Shown here: positions 29,744 through 40,567 of the stretch, in pieces
Numbering within the stretch: position 1 is the stretch's first letter
Layout: every line of letters begins with the position of its first letter
NCBI GenBank assembly: GCA_002480485.1
Contig: DLCF01000033.1
Coordinates: forward strand, 35,990 to 99,989
Length of the DNA: 64,000 nucleotides
Source of the DNA: Planctomycetaceae bacterium UBA7805
GTDB lineage: Bacteria; Planctomycetota; Planctomycetia; Pirellulales; UBA7805
Reading direction: 5' to 3'
Notes under the pieces: model-generated
Databases searched by the model: none
Seen by the model: the letters and a program-made list of their open reading frames with translations, nothing else
Told to the model about the DNA's origin: nothing
Translations under genes and position numbers: made by a program

Positions 29744-30042
29744 TGAGCCAATGACTGATACGCCGAAGACTGCATTTTTATTTGGGTTTGCTAACACTCT
29801 ATTGCGATGTCGTCTTACGTTATCACCCGCAACGGCATACACACACTGCGTATCCCTACCGCCGAACTCAGCCCCACTCACGTGTGCCGAGGGTCTTTGC
29901 GAAAGCGGGTAACTAGCAAAAGCCTGTTGATTTGGTCAAGATCATACACGGAAGCCCTTGCAGATGGCCTCCATCCAGAGAGATTGCGACCGTGTGCTAT
30001 CGATGCGGGCAGATCTTGCAACTATAGCGGGCTTCAAAGGCG

Positions 30043-30864
30043 TCAGGTAGCAAAACCTTCAGCGTTAGCAAACGCGACTGCCTCCGATTCCTCAACGCAA
30101 ATTCGTTTGATAGCCAACGCGCGTCCGTTTGCCTCATCAACATCTACGAGCGTTCCACTTAGTCGCACGTCCGCAGAGGCAACGTCAAAAGGGGTGGGCG
30201 TAAAATGTCGAGTGGTTTGAAGGACACGATCAATTCGTCGACCCAGAATGCTCTCATAAGGACCGGTCATACCGACATCACACTGAAAAGCTGTACCGTT
30301 GGGAAGGATCGTCTCATCCGCTGTCGGGACATGAGTGTGGGTTCCCAGTACTGCAGAAACACGACCATCTAAAAATCTTCCCATTAATTGCATATCGCTC
30401 GTCGCCTCGGCATGCATGTCAACTAGGATCATCTGAACATCCTCTTCTAGTTTCTCGAGCACCCGATCCACAGCAGCAAAAGGGCAATCAACGGGCTTCA
30501 TAAATACGCGACCAATCAAGCTAATGATGGCCACCTTATCCCCCTTGGAAGTGCGCACCACACAGTGGTCGCGACCCGGTGCATCCGACGGGTAATTGGC
30601 AGGCTTAACGATATTCGATTTGGTCTGCAAAGTGCGAATGATGGCGCGTCGTCGATAGATGTGGTCACCGAGCGTGATGCCCCCAACGCCGGCCTCGATC
30701 AGCTCATCATAGATCGCTGGAGTCAATCCAGACCCGCCAGCCGCGTTTTCAGCGTTGGCAACCACCAGATCAATTGAGTCTCTTTTTGTGAGCCCCCGCA
30801 ACGCTTGACGAACAATCTTGCGGCCAGGGTTACCTACAATGTCACCGATCATCAGGATTCGCAA
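30043..30864 (-). CDS. TIGR00282-family metallophosphoesterase (YmdB-like)
   Basis: (M)RILMIGDIVGNPGR...VVANAENAAGGSGLT...ITLGDHIY...VDMHAEATSD...GTHTHVPTAD. TTG start. It lies immediately downstream of rny, as in Bacillus rny-ymdB. Confidence 0.85.
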   Translation of the reverse strand: MRILMIGDIVGNPGRKIVRQALRGLTKRDSIDLVVANAENAAGGSGLTPAIYDELIEAGVGGITLGDHIYRRRAIIRTLQTKSNIVKPANYPSDAPGRDHCVVRTSKGDKVAIISLIGRVFMKPVDCPFAAVDRVLEKLEEDVQMILVDMHAEATSDMQLMGRFLDGRVSAVLGTHTHVPTADETILPNGTAFQCDVGMTGPYESILGRRIDRVLQTTRHFTPTPFDVASADVRLSGTLVDVDEANGRALAIKRICVEESEAVAFANAEGFAT

Positions 30865-30954
30865 GTTATTCCCTCCAAAACCGGATACTCACGCCACCGA
30901 GAAAAATTGATGAATACTTTTTTTCAACACCGATTGATTTTTCTGATATTTTGT

Positions 30955-32520
30955 TCAATGTGCAAATTCCGTAGCGCGGGTCTCCCGCAGGACCGTTACT
31001 TTAATTTCTCCCGGGTAAGTCAACTGCCTTTCATACTCTGCGGCAATATCCCGGCAAATTTTCGCCGCGGTTTCATCGGTAGTCTGCGTCGATGAGACCA
31101 TCACTCGGACTTCTCGCCCGGCTTGTACTGCGAATGCTTGCTGCACTCCCTTAAAACCGGTTGCAATCTCCTCCAATTCCTCCATGCGCTTTACATAACG
31201 ATCCAGACTTTCCCGCCGAGCGCCGGGACGAGAGGCGCTACAAGCATCTGCCGTCGCACAGATCATCGTGTAAGGATACTCCAGCCGAATATCGTCGTGA
31301 TGCCCAAGCGCCGCGTGTACAACCTCCGGGCCCTCTCCATAGCGTTTCAGCAAGTCCGCTCCAATTTTCGGATGGCCACCCTCCGCATCATGGTCTGCCG
31401 CTTTGCCAATGTCGTGCAATAATCCGCAGCGTGTTGCTAGGTGGCGATCAAAACCCATGTCCTCGGCAATCATCCCAGACAAAAAAGCAACCTCCACCGA
31501 ATGTCTCAGAACGTTTTGACTGTAGCTTGTACGGAAGTGCAGACGTCCGAGCAGGTGCACAATTCGTTCATGCAGTCCGTGCACTCCCACCTCGTCGGTC
31601 GCTTGCTGACCATCTTTTTGAATATGGTCATCAATTTTCTTTTCTGTTTCTCGGACCACCTCTTCAATTCGACTTGGATGGATGCGACCATCTGCTATGA
31701 GGCGATCGAGTGCCATCCTTGCTATTTCACGCCTCACAGGGTCAAAAGCGCTTACAATGACAACCCCCGGTGTATCGTCGATAATCACGTCGACGCCTGT
31801 GGCCTTTTCGATAGCGCGAATGTTGCGACCCTCACGCCCGATAATTCGGCCTTTCATCTCATCGTTGGGAATGTCCACAGTACTGGTCGTTGTTTCAGAT
31901 GTGTGCGATGCGGCATATCTTTGCATGGCGGTAAGCAGCATCTCTCGAGACTTCTGATCGGCAATCTCAGCAATTTTTTTCTCGTGCTTCAAAATGATGG
32001 AACCGGTCTCTTGCTCTAATTCCCGATCAAGTAATTGCAGCAACTGAGTTGTTGCTTGCTCACGACTCAAACCGCTAACCTGATGGAGTGCTTGACTCTG
32101 CTCGTCAAGCGTTCGCTCCAATTGCTCCTCCTGTTGCTTCACGACTGCCATTTTTTCCGATATTTTTCTCTGATTGCCCTCAACCATCCGTTCCTGTTTT
32201 TGTAACTCCTCAGCACGGGACTCAAGCAGTCTCTTTCGCTTCTCAAGATCGCGATCCTCTGCATGCAGTTTCTCGCGAATGACCGTCAACTCTTTTTCAA
32301 CCTCCGCCTTTCGCTGCAGCGCCTCCTCTTTTGACTGCAACGCAGATTCGCGTCGCTGACTTTCAATTTCCTTGCGTGCATCGTCTAAAATCTTCTTCGC
32401 CTGAGACTTTGCATCTTGACGACGCAGGTGATCAAAGATCTTGACGGTCAGGATTGCTATAGAAATGGCGACAATCAAAAGTGCAATCAACAGCCAAAGC
32501 TGGATTGAAATAGGATCCAT
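30955..32520 (-). CDS. rny: Ribonuclease Y
   Basis: N-terminal TM, a long charged coiled coil, a KH domain ([31 protein letters not shown]) and an HD domain ([14 protein letters not shown]...LLHDIGKA). Confidence 0.9.
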   Translation of the reverse strand: MDPISIQLWLLIALLIVAISIAILTVKIFDHLRRQDAKSQAKKILDDARKEIESQRRESALQSKEEALQRKAEVEKELTVIREKLHAEDRDLEKRKRLLESRAEELQKQERMVEGNQRKISEKMAVVKQQEEQLERTLDEQSQALHQVSGLSREQATTQLLQLLDRELEQETGSIILKHEKKIAEIADQKSREMLLTAMQRYAASHTSETTTSTVDIPNDEMKGRIIGREGRNIRAIEKATGVDVIIDDTPGVVIVSAFDPVRREIARMALDRLIADGRIHPSRIEEVVRETEKKIDDHIQKDGQQATDEVGVHGLHERIVHLLGRLHFRTSYSQNVLRHSVEVAFLSGMIAEDMGFDRHLATRCGLLHDIGKAADHDAEGGHPKIGADLLKRYGEGPEVVHAALGHHDDIRLEYPYTMICATADACSASRPGARRESLDRYVKRMEELEEIATGFKGVQQAFAVQAGREVRVMVSSTQTTDETAAKICRDIAAEYERQLTYPGEIKVTVLRETRATEFAH

Positions 32521-33197
32521 CGATTAATGCTCCCTTAACATTCGACTGAACGGACAGTCATCCAACATCCAGAACCGAACGCCAAAGTCACATCGATGTC
32601 TATTCAAACCGACGCATGAGCGGAGACTCCACCCAAGCAGAGATGAGCAAAAACGTCACGTGCACCCAAGAGTCGATGTCTTACAATCGAACCAATGACT
32701 GCCTCACTTGAAGCCTTGAAAAACCAATCACTCGGTGTCGGCATGTTACGGACATACTGCTGCCCCAAACATCGACAAAAATAAATATCTATCTCTTACT
32801 CAATTTACTCAAGGCAACCCAAACTACAATTTTCAACGCACATGCATTCCAAACAGTACCGAGCAGCTTCACTTTTAACTCGTAAGGTAAGATCTCCTAT
32901 TTACCTTCGTAAAATATTAATCGAGCTCGGCGTATGATTTTCCGTAAAAATTTGAAATAAGAAATCAAGGAATGGCAGGGCGTATTCAAAAACTAAAACA
33001 TTTGTTGCACGATACTTGTATCGAGACATTTTCATTTTTTATGCGTTTATACTCAATTTTCTGCTTGCGTCCGTTGTTCCGATAGCCGCTTTCGACTCTT
33101 CAATCAACAACTCTGACGTTGCAATAATTTAACACACTCTAGAAAAACTTCAACCGAACAGTTTTACTGCCGTTCCACAGTTCATTGAGACACTTTT

Positions 33198-34325
33198 ATG
33201 ACAAATCTGAGATCGGACCACTTGCGCAAAGATCCATCTGCCAAAGAGCAGGACGATTCCTTTACGCGCCGCCTGCAGCAGGCATGGCCACTCGAAGATT
33301 GGATTGACCTGCCTGTTGTGGTTGCGGTTTCTGGAGGATCCGATAGTGTGGCTTTGCTACTCGCCCTGAGTTCGTTGCGGGCGCGATATTTAAAATCGAG
33401 CAGCTTGCTGCGCGATGCAACTGGTGGGGAAGTTCGCTTTTCCTCATCGGTTTCGCCTTGCGGAAAACTGATCGTTGGTCACTATCACCACGGCGTACGC
33501 GGCAGCGATGCGGACCAAGACGCAGCGTTTGTCGAATCACTCTGCGAGCAACAGGGCGTTCAGTGCGAGGTGGAGAAATCTAACACCGAGTCCGAGAGCT
33601 TCAGAAAGAAGGCGGGAGAAGGCTGGGAGTCGACGTTTCGGGAAAAGCGATACGCTTTTCTACTCCGCTTGGCCGAAAGTCACGGAGCCCGCTACGTTGT
33701 CACAGGTCATACGAAGGATGATCAAGTCGAGACAATCCTGCATCGTGTGATCCGAGGCACGGGACTCCGTGGCCTTTCGGGCATGCCACGCAGCCGGCCA
33801 CTCTCACCAGCCGTCTCACTGATCCGCCCAATGCTCACGCTTTCGCGCGATTTGGCCCAAGAGCATCTCACAGCCCTGGGGGTCAACTGGAGAACCGACC
33901 CGAGTAATGAAAGCTGTGAGTTTACGCGCAATCAAATTCGTCACGATCTTTTGCCGTTGCTGGAGCGCGAGTTCAATCCCCAGGCCGCCACTGCCATTCT
34001 GCGACTCGGTCACTTGGCGAGTGAGGCCCAGGAAATGATCGACGAGGTGATTACGCGGGCACTAGAAGAGTGTAACTGGAAAAAACGTGGTGAGACCATT
34101 GAACTTGAGGCCCGAACACTCCGTATTGATTCGGAATTTCTCGCCCGTGAGCTGCTGATCGCACTCTGGCGCAAAGCGGGTTGGCCGCTGCAGGCGATGG
34201 GCATGAAAGAATGGCAGTGCCTGGTGAAACTGATCAAAGAACCGGGCGTGGCAACGCGCACGCTTCCAGGCCGTGTGGTAGCAAAAAAAGAGGGCGGGAA
34301 GCTCTCGCTCCACCGCCCTGATTAA
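33198..34325 (+). CDS. tilS: tRNA(Ile)-lysidine synthetase
   Basis: PP-loop VVVAVSGGSDSVALL, GHYHHGVRG..AD, VTGHTKDDQVETILHRVIRGTG, RPML. Confidence 0.85.
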   Translation: MTNLRSDHLRKDPSAKEQDDSFTRRLQQAWPLEDWIDLPVVVAVSGGSDSVALLLALSSLRARYLKSSSLLRDATGGEVRFSSSVSPCGKLIVGHYHHGVRGSDADQDAAFVESLCEQQGVQCEVEKSNTESESFRKKAGEGWESTFREKRYAFLLRLAESHGARYVVTGHTKDDQVETILHRVIRGTGLRGLSGMPRSRPLSPAVSLIRPMLTLSRDLAQEHLTALGVNWRTDPSNESCEFTRNQIRHDLLPLLEREFNPQAATAILRLGHLASEAQEMIDEVITRALEECNWKKRGETIELEARTLRIDSEFLARELLIALWRKAGWPLQAMGMKEWQCLVKLIKEPGVATRTLPGRVVAKKEGGKLSLHRPD

Positions 34326-34350
34326 CTTTTGGAAATTTCTCCTCGCTGCG

Positions 34351-35931
34351 CTAGGCACTTCCGCCCGCGGTATCCAACTCTACAGGCTTGTATCCACCAC
34401 GACTCTTAAAGTAAAGAAAAAGCAAGACATAGCAGACCAACATAAAGGTCGGAAAATAAGCCATCTTCCCGAGGGCCGTGAATTGCCCGGCTTTGCCGGC
34501 GGCTTCAAGCTGCGATTTTACCTGTTCACCGCCTTCGGCAATCGCAGCCTCCGCTCTGGGTTCATCAATTGCCGTATAACTTAGGCCAAACAATTCTTGA
34601 TCCTTGACCACCATTTCTGCCGTTGCCGGAGCAGCTGCCGCCAACTCCGCACTCGCCGTCCGGTCTTGGAGCAACCCGATAAATGGGAAACCTAGGACAC
34701 CGACGGCAATCATTCCGATGCCAGAGATTGCATTTAACGACAAGCTACCACCCTTAGGACATTGCTCGGATGTAACCCCAAGCATGGTCGGCCAAAAGAA
34801 AGTCTTCCCGAAAGCATAGAGTGTGGCGGCCGCCATAATCAAACCAAGCCCAGAGTCGCCCGTTTGGGACAAGGCAAAGAGCCCTGCAATTGCCAACACC
34901 GAACTGACGATGAGCAGACCAATCGGCGACAATTTGTGAACGATCGGGCCGGCAAAGAACCGGAGGATCATCATGATGGCCGAGGTATACACCAGTACCC
35001 ATCCGGCGTTGTACCCCAACGCGGTCATCGGGCCCTCCATCAAACTACTGATCCAGCCGTCCGTGCCGATCTCCGTCGTTGCCAGAGGCATCATGATAAC
35101 AATCAAAAAGGCCATGATCGGACGGCCAAAACTTTTCGTGTAAATTGCAAAAATAACAACCGCAATCGCAGTCAGTGCGAGCCTGACCACAGTTGACCAA
35201 GCAAATACCTCACCCAGCTGCCAAAATATCAATCCAAAACCAACCAGCGCACCGAAACCACCGAACTCTGCGAGCATCTCCCTGTAACTTACTCCGGCTT
35301 CCTCCCGCTCTTGCACCGGAAATCGCACGCCGATGAGCATTAAAAGAAAAATCACTGCTGGTACGGCCACAATACCCAGGACAATTCGCCAGTCACCACC
35401 CTCAGCCGTATCGGCCAGGGCAATAGTAATCAAACCCCCGAGTACCAATCCCCCCGGCCAACCCGCATGCAGGATATTAAGCCACTTCGTTTTGTCCTTG
35501 TTGAACATCGTGGCCACCACCGGGTTGATGAATGCCTCAACGGTCCCGTTGCCAAGCGCAAGGATGAAGCTACCCCAATAGAGGAGCATATATCCCCGCG
35601 ATTGCGCCGCCGCAAGCGTCTCACCCTCGACACCCTGGATCGCACCGTAGGCCATCCAGGCCATCACGAGGTAGACCGCATAGCAAACAAAGGAGAAGAG
35701 CATCGCAACACGGTAGCCGACTTTATCGATCACCAGACTGAAGAGAATGATCGAAATGCCGAACGGCCAGATGCCTGCCCCCATCAGTTCTCCGACCTCG
35801 GTTTCGTCGAGCCCAAAATCAGCTTTGAACCTGGCACCGCACAAGTACATGCGGCTAAAAAATGCAAAGGATGTTGTTATCAGCGCGATAAAGCATCCCC
35901 AGAATACAATCTTATTGTTTTGATCATTCAT
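34351..35931 (-). CDS. MFS-type transporter
   Basis: About 12 or more TM segments. ATG 35931 (MNDQNNKIVFWGCFIALITTSF...) is preferred; the upstream 106 codons of the track ORF look non-coding. Confidence 0.7.
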   Translation of the reverse strand: MNDQNNKIVFWGCFIALITTSFAFFSRMYLCGARFKADFGLDETEVGELMGAGIWPFGISIILFSLVIDKVGYRVAMLFSFVCYAVYLVMAWMAYGAIQGVEGETLAAAQSRGYMLLYWGSFILALGNGTVEAFINPVVATMFNKDKTKWLNILHAGWPGGLVLGGLITIALADTAEGGDWRIVLGIVAVPAVIFLLMLIGVRFPVQEREEAGVSYREMLAEFGGFGALVGFGLIFWQLGEVFAWSTVVRLALTAIAVVIFAIYTKSFGRPIMAFLIVIMMPLATTEIGTDGWISSLMEGPMTALGYNAGWVLVYTSAIMMILRFFAGPIVHKLSPIGLLIVSSVLAIAGLFALSQTGDSGLGLIMAAATLYAFGKTFFWPTMLGVTSEQCPKGGSLSLNAISGIGMIAVGVLGFPFIGLLQDRTASAELAAAAPATAEMVVKDQELFGLSYTAIDEPRAEAAIAEGGEQVKSQLEAAGKAGQFTALGKMAYFPTFMLVCYVLLFLYFKSRGGYKPVELDTAGGSA

Positions 35932-36434
35932 AAAAAATTTACCCCTCCGCTGGGTCATTCGTTCGAGTGTTGTGCGATGAGCCAAAGTCAATCGAGAGTG
36001 CACGCTGAGAGCATCTCCGGAGGCCCAAACCTCGAAAATGTCAGCAGTGCAAGCAATGAAGCGGACCCCCATCTTGTGAGGCGATCCATTGGTCGCCTGA
36101 GTATAAAGTAGACCGATTGTGAAGTAAATATTTAGATGGGTCCTTTTTACCGGGGTTTTTAGCGGTTTTTTCAAGTTGATCATTCGAGCAGCTTGGCAGT
36201 CCGGCAAGAGCTTAAGCGACGACAAGTGGCTCTTGACCATCCTTTCCATCCGAGCGTACGATCATCCGCCCCCTGAGCACGTTGTGCGGAAACTCAGGGT
36301 GCTTTGCTGCGAGGCTGCACGCGATAAGCGCCGGTCACAGTCTCGTTTGCCGTCGGAGTACACCAACGCACGTCGCGTCGAATCGTGATTAAAACGGCGA
36401 AAGGATTCGCATCATTTTTACCCGCCTGATCAAC

Positions 36435-39400
36435 GTGTGCTGGACGATTCTCAAATACGGTGTGCTTTGCGGTGGACTCGCGATTCTTGCTGCTGTTTTT
36501 GGAAGTTGGTATTTCCAGAATACGATCAATGACAAGATTCGCGATCGCGTTGAAGAGAGAATCGCCGAGGGCTATCCCCATCTATCGGTCCGAGTCGAGA
36601 GTGTGCAGCGGATCGAAGGGAAGGGTCTTCTCGTCCGTGGCCTTTCACTCACAGAAAAAAAGGCAAGTGGACCACAAACCGAGTTGGCTTTCTTCCAGGA
36701 GGTGCTTCTAGGGTGCCAAGCCCAATTACAGGAATTGATCGCCGATAAACTCAATATTACGCACATTGTGATCCGCCGACCCACGCTACGCGGCACGCGT
36801 CGTACCGACGGGACATGGAGCCTGCAAAAGCTCCTCCCATTGCCTGCATTCGGGGGTTCCGCGAAAAGCATTCGTATTGAACAGGGAGAAATCGTACTCT
36901 TTGATCCCCTGAAAAATCCCTCAGGAATTTTTAAGGTCAGTGACGCCAATTACGTGGTGCAATTTGATTTCAAAAACAGCGACAACGGACAAACCGATAA
37001 ACAAACCAGCATCAAAGGATCAATGCTGAGCGAACATCTTGGCAGAATCGAGCTCGAGGGAAATACATCCAGTCAAACCCAAGCATGGCAGGTATCTGGT
37101 CGTGTGGAAAACGCAACTCTCTCACCGGATCTTCAGCAGGATCTTCCGGGAGACATCGCGCGGCACCTCGCGTCCCTAAGCCCGTTACGCGGACAACTCG
37201 GATTACAATTCCTTGTGCACTATCGGCCGGGTAGTCCTATAAAATTCACCACCCAGGGAAAATTTTCCCAGGGGAGTTTTTCCGACGAAAGGCTTCCCTA
37301 CCCGATCTCAGATATTCAAGCCGAAATTTATTTGGACCAGGATGGAGGACAGATCAAAAATGTGACAGGCCACAGCGGACGGACCCGGTTCGCGATCGAC
37401 GCAAGGTTGGATGGCTATCACGAGAATGCGAATCTTCTGATACGAGGTAGAGCGACACATCTTGTAATCGATCAACAGATCGCACAGATCCTGCCTGCAA
37501 AATGGAAATCTCAGTGGAACCGTTACATGCCGGATGGCGAGGTCAACGCAGATTTCCAATTACGTCGCGATGGAAAAGGCTGGCACCCTCAATGCCGGAT
37601 CGAATGCATTTCTCTGGGGTTCACTCATTATAAATTTCCTTACCGCATGGAACATACCCGGGGCATGATTGAGTTGCAAAATGATCAGCTCTATTTGCAA
37701 CTCTCGGCTCAGGCGGGCGACCAGCCGGTAGAGATTGTCGGTCGTATTGATAACCCGGGACCGTTGGGTGTCGGCGAGGTTTTCCTGAAAGCCAACAACG
37801 TGCCACTGGATCAAAAATTAATTAGGGCAACCCCGGAAAAGATACAGCAGGTGATCAAGTCATTTTCGCCCCAGGGAACCGTTAATGTATTTTTTCACAG
37901 CAAGCGGGAGACGCCTGAAGATTCGTGGTTTCCGCATTGTGTTATTGATCTTAATGGCATTGCAATCCGTTATGAAAAGTTTTCTTACCCGCTACAGAAT
38001 GTTCGCGGCAGGCTTGAAGGCCGTGGAAAAAACTGGGGTTATCACAATTTAACGGGCACCAACGATACTGGCGTGGTCACTGCGGAAGGCGAGTCAAAAC
38101 CCACAGATTCCGGCATCGAGCTGAATCTGCAAATCACTGCCCAAAAAATCGCGCTGGATGAGGAATTACAGCAAGCTTTACCCCACGGCATGCGTCAACT
38201 CTGGGCTCAGCTTCGGCCTGCCGGGGATATCAATACGGCAATAAAATTTAATTTTATCTCTGCCACCAAAGATCTAAATCTGTCGGTCGCGACAGATCTT
38301 AATAAGATTCGTATCGAACCTGTTTTTTTTCCTTATCGAATGGAAAACCTATCCGGCAGAGTTGATTATGAGAACGGACACGCGCGATTTTCTCAACTTG
38401 TCGCCAACCACGGTAAAACTAATTTCACCGCTTCCGGCAATTGTCACTTCGCGCCCGCGGGCAATTGGACATGTCATTTCACCGAGTTAAATGTCGATCG
38501 GCTCCGCATGGATAGGGAACTGCTGCTCGCGCTACCCTCTCGCCTACGGTCTGGTATTTCGGCACTGCAGTTTTCCGGCCCCATGAATCTCAATGGTGCC
38601 GTCCGATTCACGCGCGGAAATAGCCCCAACGCTCCGGTCGTATCCGATTGGAATGTGGGCCTGGAAACCGTGCAGGGTAAAATTGATTGTGGCATTGTCC
38701 TCGATCAGATTCATGGGGGAATCAGTCTTATCGGCAGTTATAACGGACGGCAGTTTTACACGCAGGGCGAACTCGACCTTGACTCGGTCCTCTATGAAAA
38801 CTTCCAGTTCACCGCTGTTCGTGGGCCTCTTTGGTTCAATCATCAGCACCTGCTATTCGGTAGTTATGCTGAACGAAAATCACCAGGCAAGACACCGAGG
38901 CGAATCTCAGCCGATTTCTATGGTGGCCGATTGGTGGCCGACTGCCGGGTCTCCCTCAGTGACACATCCCGATTTTTGATTGATGCACAAATGTCAGATG
39001 CCGATCTGGCAAAATTTGCAACAGAAATGATTCCCGGGGGAAGGAACCTCCGTGGAAAAATGGCGGGCAATCTTCAGCTTGCGGGAACCTCCCGAGGTAG
39101 CCATACATTGCGTGGCAAAGGCGCTCTTCGGTTAAAAGAAGGCGACGTCTACGAACTCCCGCTTGTGCTTTCGCTACTCAAGTTACTAAGCATCCGTGAA
39201 CCAGACTCCACGGCATTCAACTCGTGCGATGTCGATTTCCAGATTGACGGGGAACACATTTTGTTTGACCAATTCAATTTCCACGGGGATGCAATCAGCA
39301 TGCTGGGAAAAGGGGAGATGGATTTTGACAAAAGTCTTCGCATGGTTTTTCACGCCGTGATTGGCAATGATCAATTACAATTGCCAATTGTGCGACCACT

Positions 39401-39590
39401 GTTAGGCATGGCAAGCCAACAACTGATGCTACTCTATGTCTACGGGACACTCGACAATCCTCAAACCACGCGGGAAGCATTACCCGGTGTGCGACGAGCC
39501 GTACAGGAAATTCAGACGGAGGCTGAAAAAGAAAAAAATATTATCGGTAAAACAAATGATTGGCTTCAGGAATGGATCCCGAAACGGTGA
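36435..39590 (+). CDS. Large N-terminally anchored AsmA/TamB-like envelope protein
   Basis: 1051 aa with a single N-terminal TM (VLCGGLAILAAVFGSWYF). AsmA-like opening (VESVQRIEGKGLLVRGLSL...IVIRRPTLRGTRRTDGTWSLQKLL) and long beta-rich repetitive G-x-hydrophobic segments to the C terminus. GTG start. Confidence 0.45.
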   Translation: MCWTILKYGVLCGGLAILAAVFGSWYFQNTINDKIRDRVEERIAEGYPHLSVRVESVQRIEGKGLLVRGLSLTEKKASGPQTELAFFQEVLLGCQAQLQELIADKLNITHIVIRRPTLRGTRRTDGTWSLQKLLPLPAFGGSAKSIRIEQGEIVLFDPLKNPSGIFKVSDANYVVQFDFKNSDNGQTDKQTSIKGSMLSEHLGRIELEGNTSSQTQAWQVSGRVENATLSPDLQQDLPGDIARHLASLSPLRGQLGLQFLVHYRPGSPIKFTTQGKFSQGSFSDERLPYPISDIQAEIYLDQDGGQIKNVTGHSGRTRFAIDARLDGYHENANLLIRGRATHLVIDQQIAQILPAKWKSQWNRYMPDGEVNADFQLRRDGKGWHPQCRIECISLGFTHYKFPYRMEHTRGMIELQNDQLYLQLSAQAGDQPVEIVGRIDNPGPLGVGEVFLKANNVPLDQKLIRATPEKIQQVIKSFSPQGTVNVFFHSKRETPEDSWFPHCVIDLNGIAIRYEKFSYPLQNVRGRLEGRGKNWGYHNLTGTNDTGVVTAEGESKPTDSGIELNLQITAQKIALDEELQQALPHGMRQLWAQLRPAGDINTAIKFNFISATKDLNLSVATDLNKIRIEPVFFPYRMENLSGRVDYENGHARFSQLVANHGKTNFTASGNCHFAPAGNWTCHFTELNVDRLRMDRELLLALPSRLRSGISALQFSGPMNLNGAVRFTRGNSPNAPVVSDWNVGLETVQGKIDCGIVLDQIHGGISLIGSYNGRQFYTQGELDLDSVLYENFQFTAVRGPLWFNHQHLLFGSYAERKSPGKTPRRISADFYGGRLVADCRVSLSDTSRFLIDAQMSDADLAKFATEMIPGGRNLRGKMAGNLQLAGTSRGSHTLRGKGALRLKEGDVYELPLVLSLLKLLSIREPDSTAFNSCDVDFQIDGEHILFDQFNFHGDAISMLGKGEMDFDKSLRMVFHAVIGNDQLQLPIVRPLLGMASQQLMLLYVYGTLDNPQTTREALPGVRRAVQEIQTEAEKEKNIIGKTNDWLQEWIPKR

Positions 39591-39697
39591 TCGCTCACTC
39601 ATTGCACTTGCGCGATCTCAAAATTCGACGTTTATTGCTGGCAACTAGGGTGGTCGATAGAATGTGCCAAAAGCAAAACAAATTTCAGTGAGTATTG

Positions 39698-40567
39698 ATG
39701 ATGCAATTCATAAAGATGCAAGGTGCCGGCAATGACTACATTTATGTCAATTGCTTTGATGAGCGTTTTGCGGGGGACCCTGGTCAGGTGGCACGGGAGA
39801 TCTCTGATCGGCATTTCGGCGTCGGTGGTGATGGACTTGTCCTAATCCATCCGAGTCAACAGGCCGATGCACGGATGCAGATGTTCAATGCGGATGGATC
39901 CGAGGCAGAAATGTGCGGCAATGCAATCCGCTGTGTCGCAAAGTATCTTTACGAGGAGGACATCGTTCCAAAGCAGAAGATGACAATTGAGACTGCATGC
40001 GAGAATTTAAGCTTAGAGTTGCAGGCAGAAAAAAAACAGGTCTGCTCGGTTCGTGTCGACATGGGACGCCCGATCCTGGAAGCTGAAAAAATTCCGACAG
40101 TGCTTGCTGGAGATCCAGTTGTTGATCAACGCATAACGCTGAAAAACACTTCTGGTGAAACCCAGGAACTGCGCGTTACGTGTGTCTCCATGGGAAATCC
40201 GCACTGTGTCATCTTCGTTGATCACGCAATAGATGAGCTCGTTCTCGGAATCGGTCCCCTGATTGAGCGCGACGAAAGATTTCCCAAACGAACTAATGTT
40301 GAGTTTGTTGAAGTGCTCAATCGTCATCACGTGAGGCAGCGGACCTGGGAACGCGGATCCGGCGAGACCCTAGCCTGCGGCACGGGGGCGAGTGCCGTAT
40401 GCGTGGCAGGGGTGCTTACCGATCGAACGGAACGCAAAATCACTAATCAGTTGCTGGGAGGTAACCTAGAGATCGAGTGGGCGGAGGATGATCATGTTTA
40501 TATGACCGGACCTGCAGTTGAGGTCTTCCGCGGAGAATGGAACATACCCGACGGGTTAAGAAAATAA
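39698..40567 (+). CDS. dapF: Diaminopimelate epimerase
   Basis: FIKMQGAGNDYIYV, NADGSEAEMCGNAIRC, SMGNPHCV, ERGSGETLACGTGASA (both catalytic Cys motifs). Confidence 0.9.
   Translation: MMQFIKMQGAGNDYIYVNCFDERFAGDPGQVAREISDRHFGVGGDGLVLIHPSQQADARMQMFNADGSEAEMCGNAIRCVAKYLYEEDIVPKQKMTIETACENLSLELQAEKKQVCSVRVDMGRPILEAEKIPTVLAGDPVVDQRITLKNTSGETQELRVTCVSMGNPHCVIFVDHAIDELVLGIGPLIERDERFPKRTNVEFVEVLNRHHVRQRTWERGSGETLACGTGASAVCVAGVLTDRTERKITNQLLGGNLEIEWAEDDHVYMTGPAVEVFRGEWNIPDGLRK

Noticed and set aside
31123-32359. Several plus-strand ORFs of 61-192 aa.
   Set aside because: All are antisense shadows within rny, whose KH/HD motifs unambiguously define the minus-strand frame.
34604-36111. Plus-strand ORFs up to 214 aa, and the 106-codon N-terminal extension of the MFS ORF (35932-36249).
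   Set aside because: The plus-strand ORFs are antisense to a TM-rich MFS frame. The extension lacks TM or coding character, and an ATG at 35931 starts right before the first TM segment.
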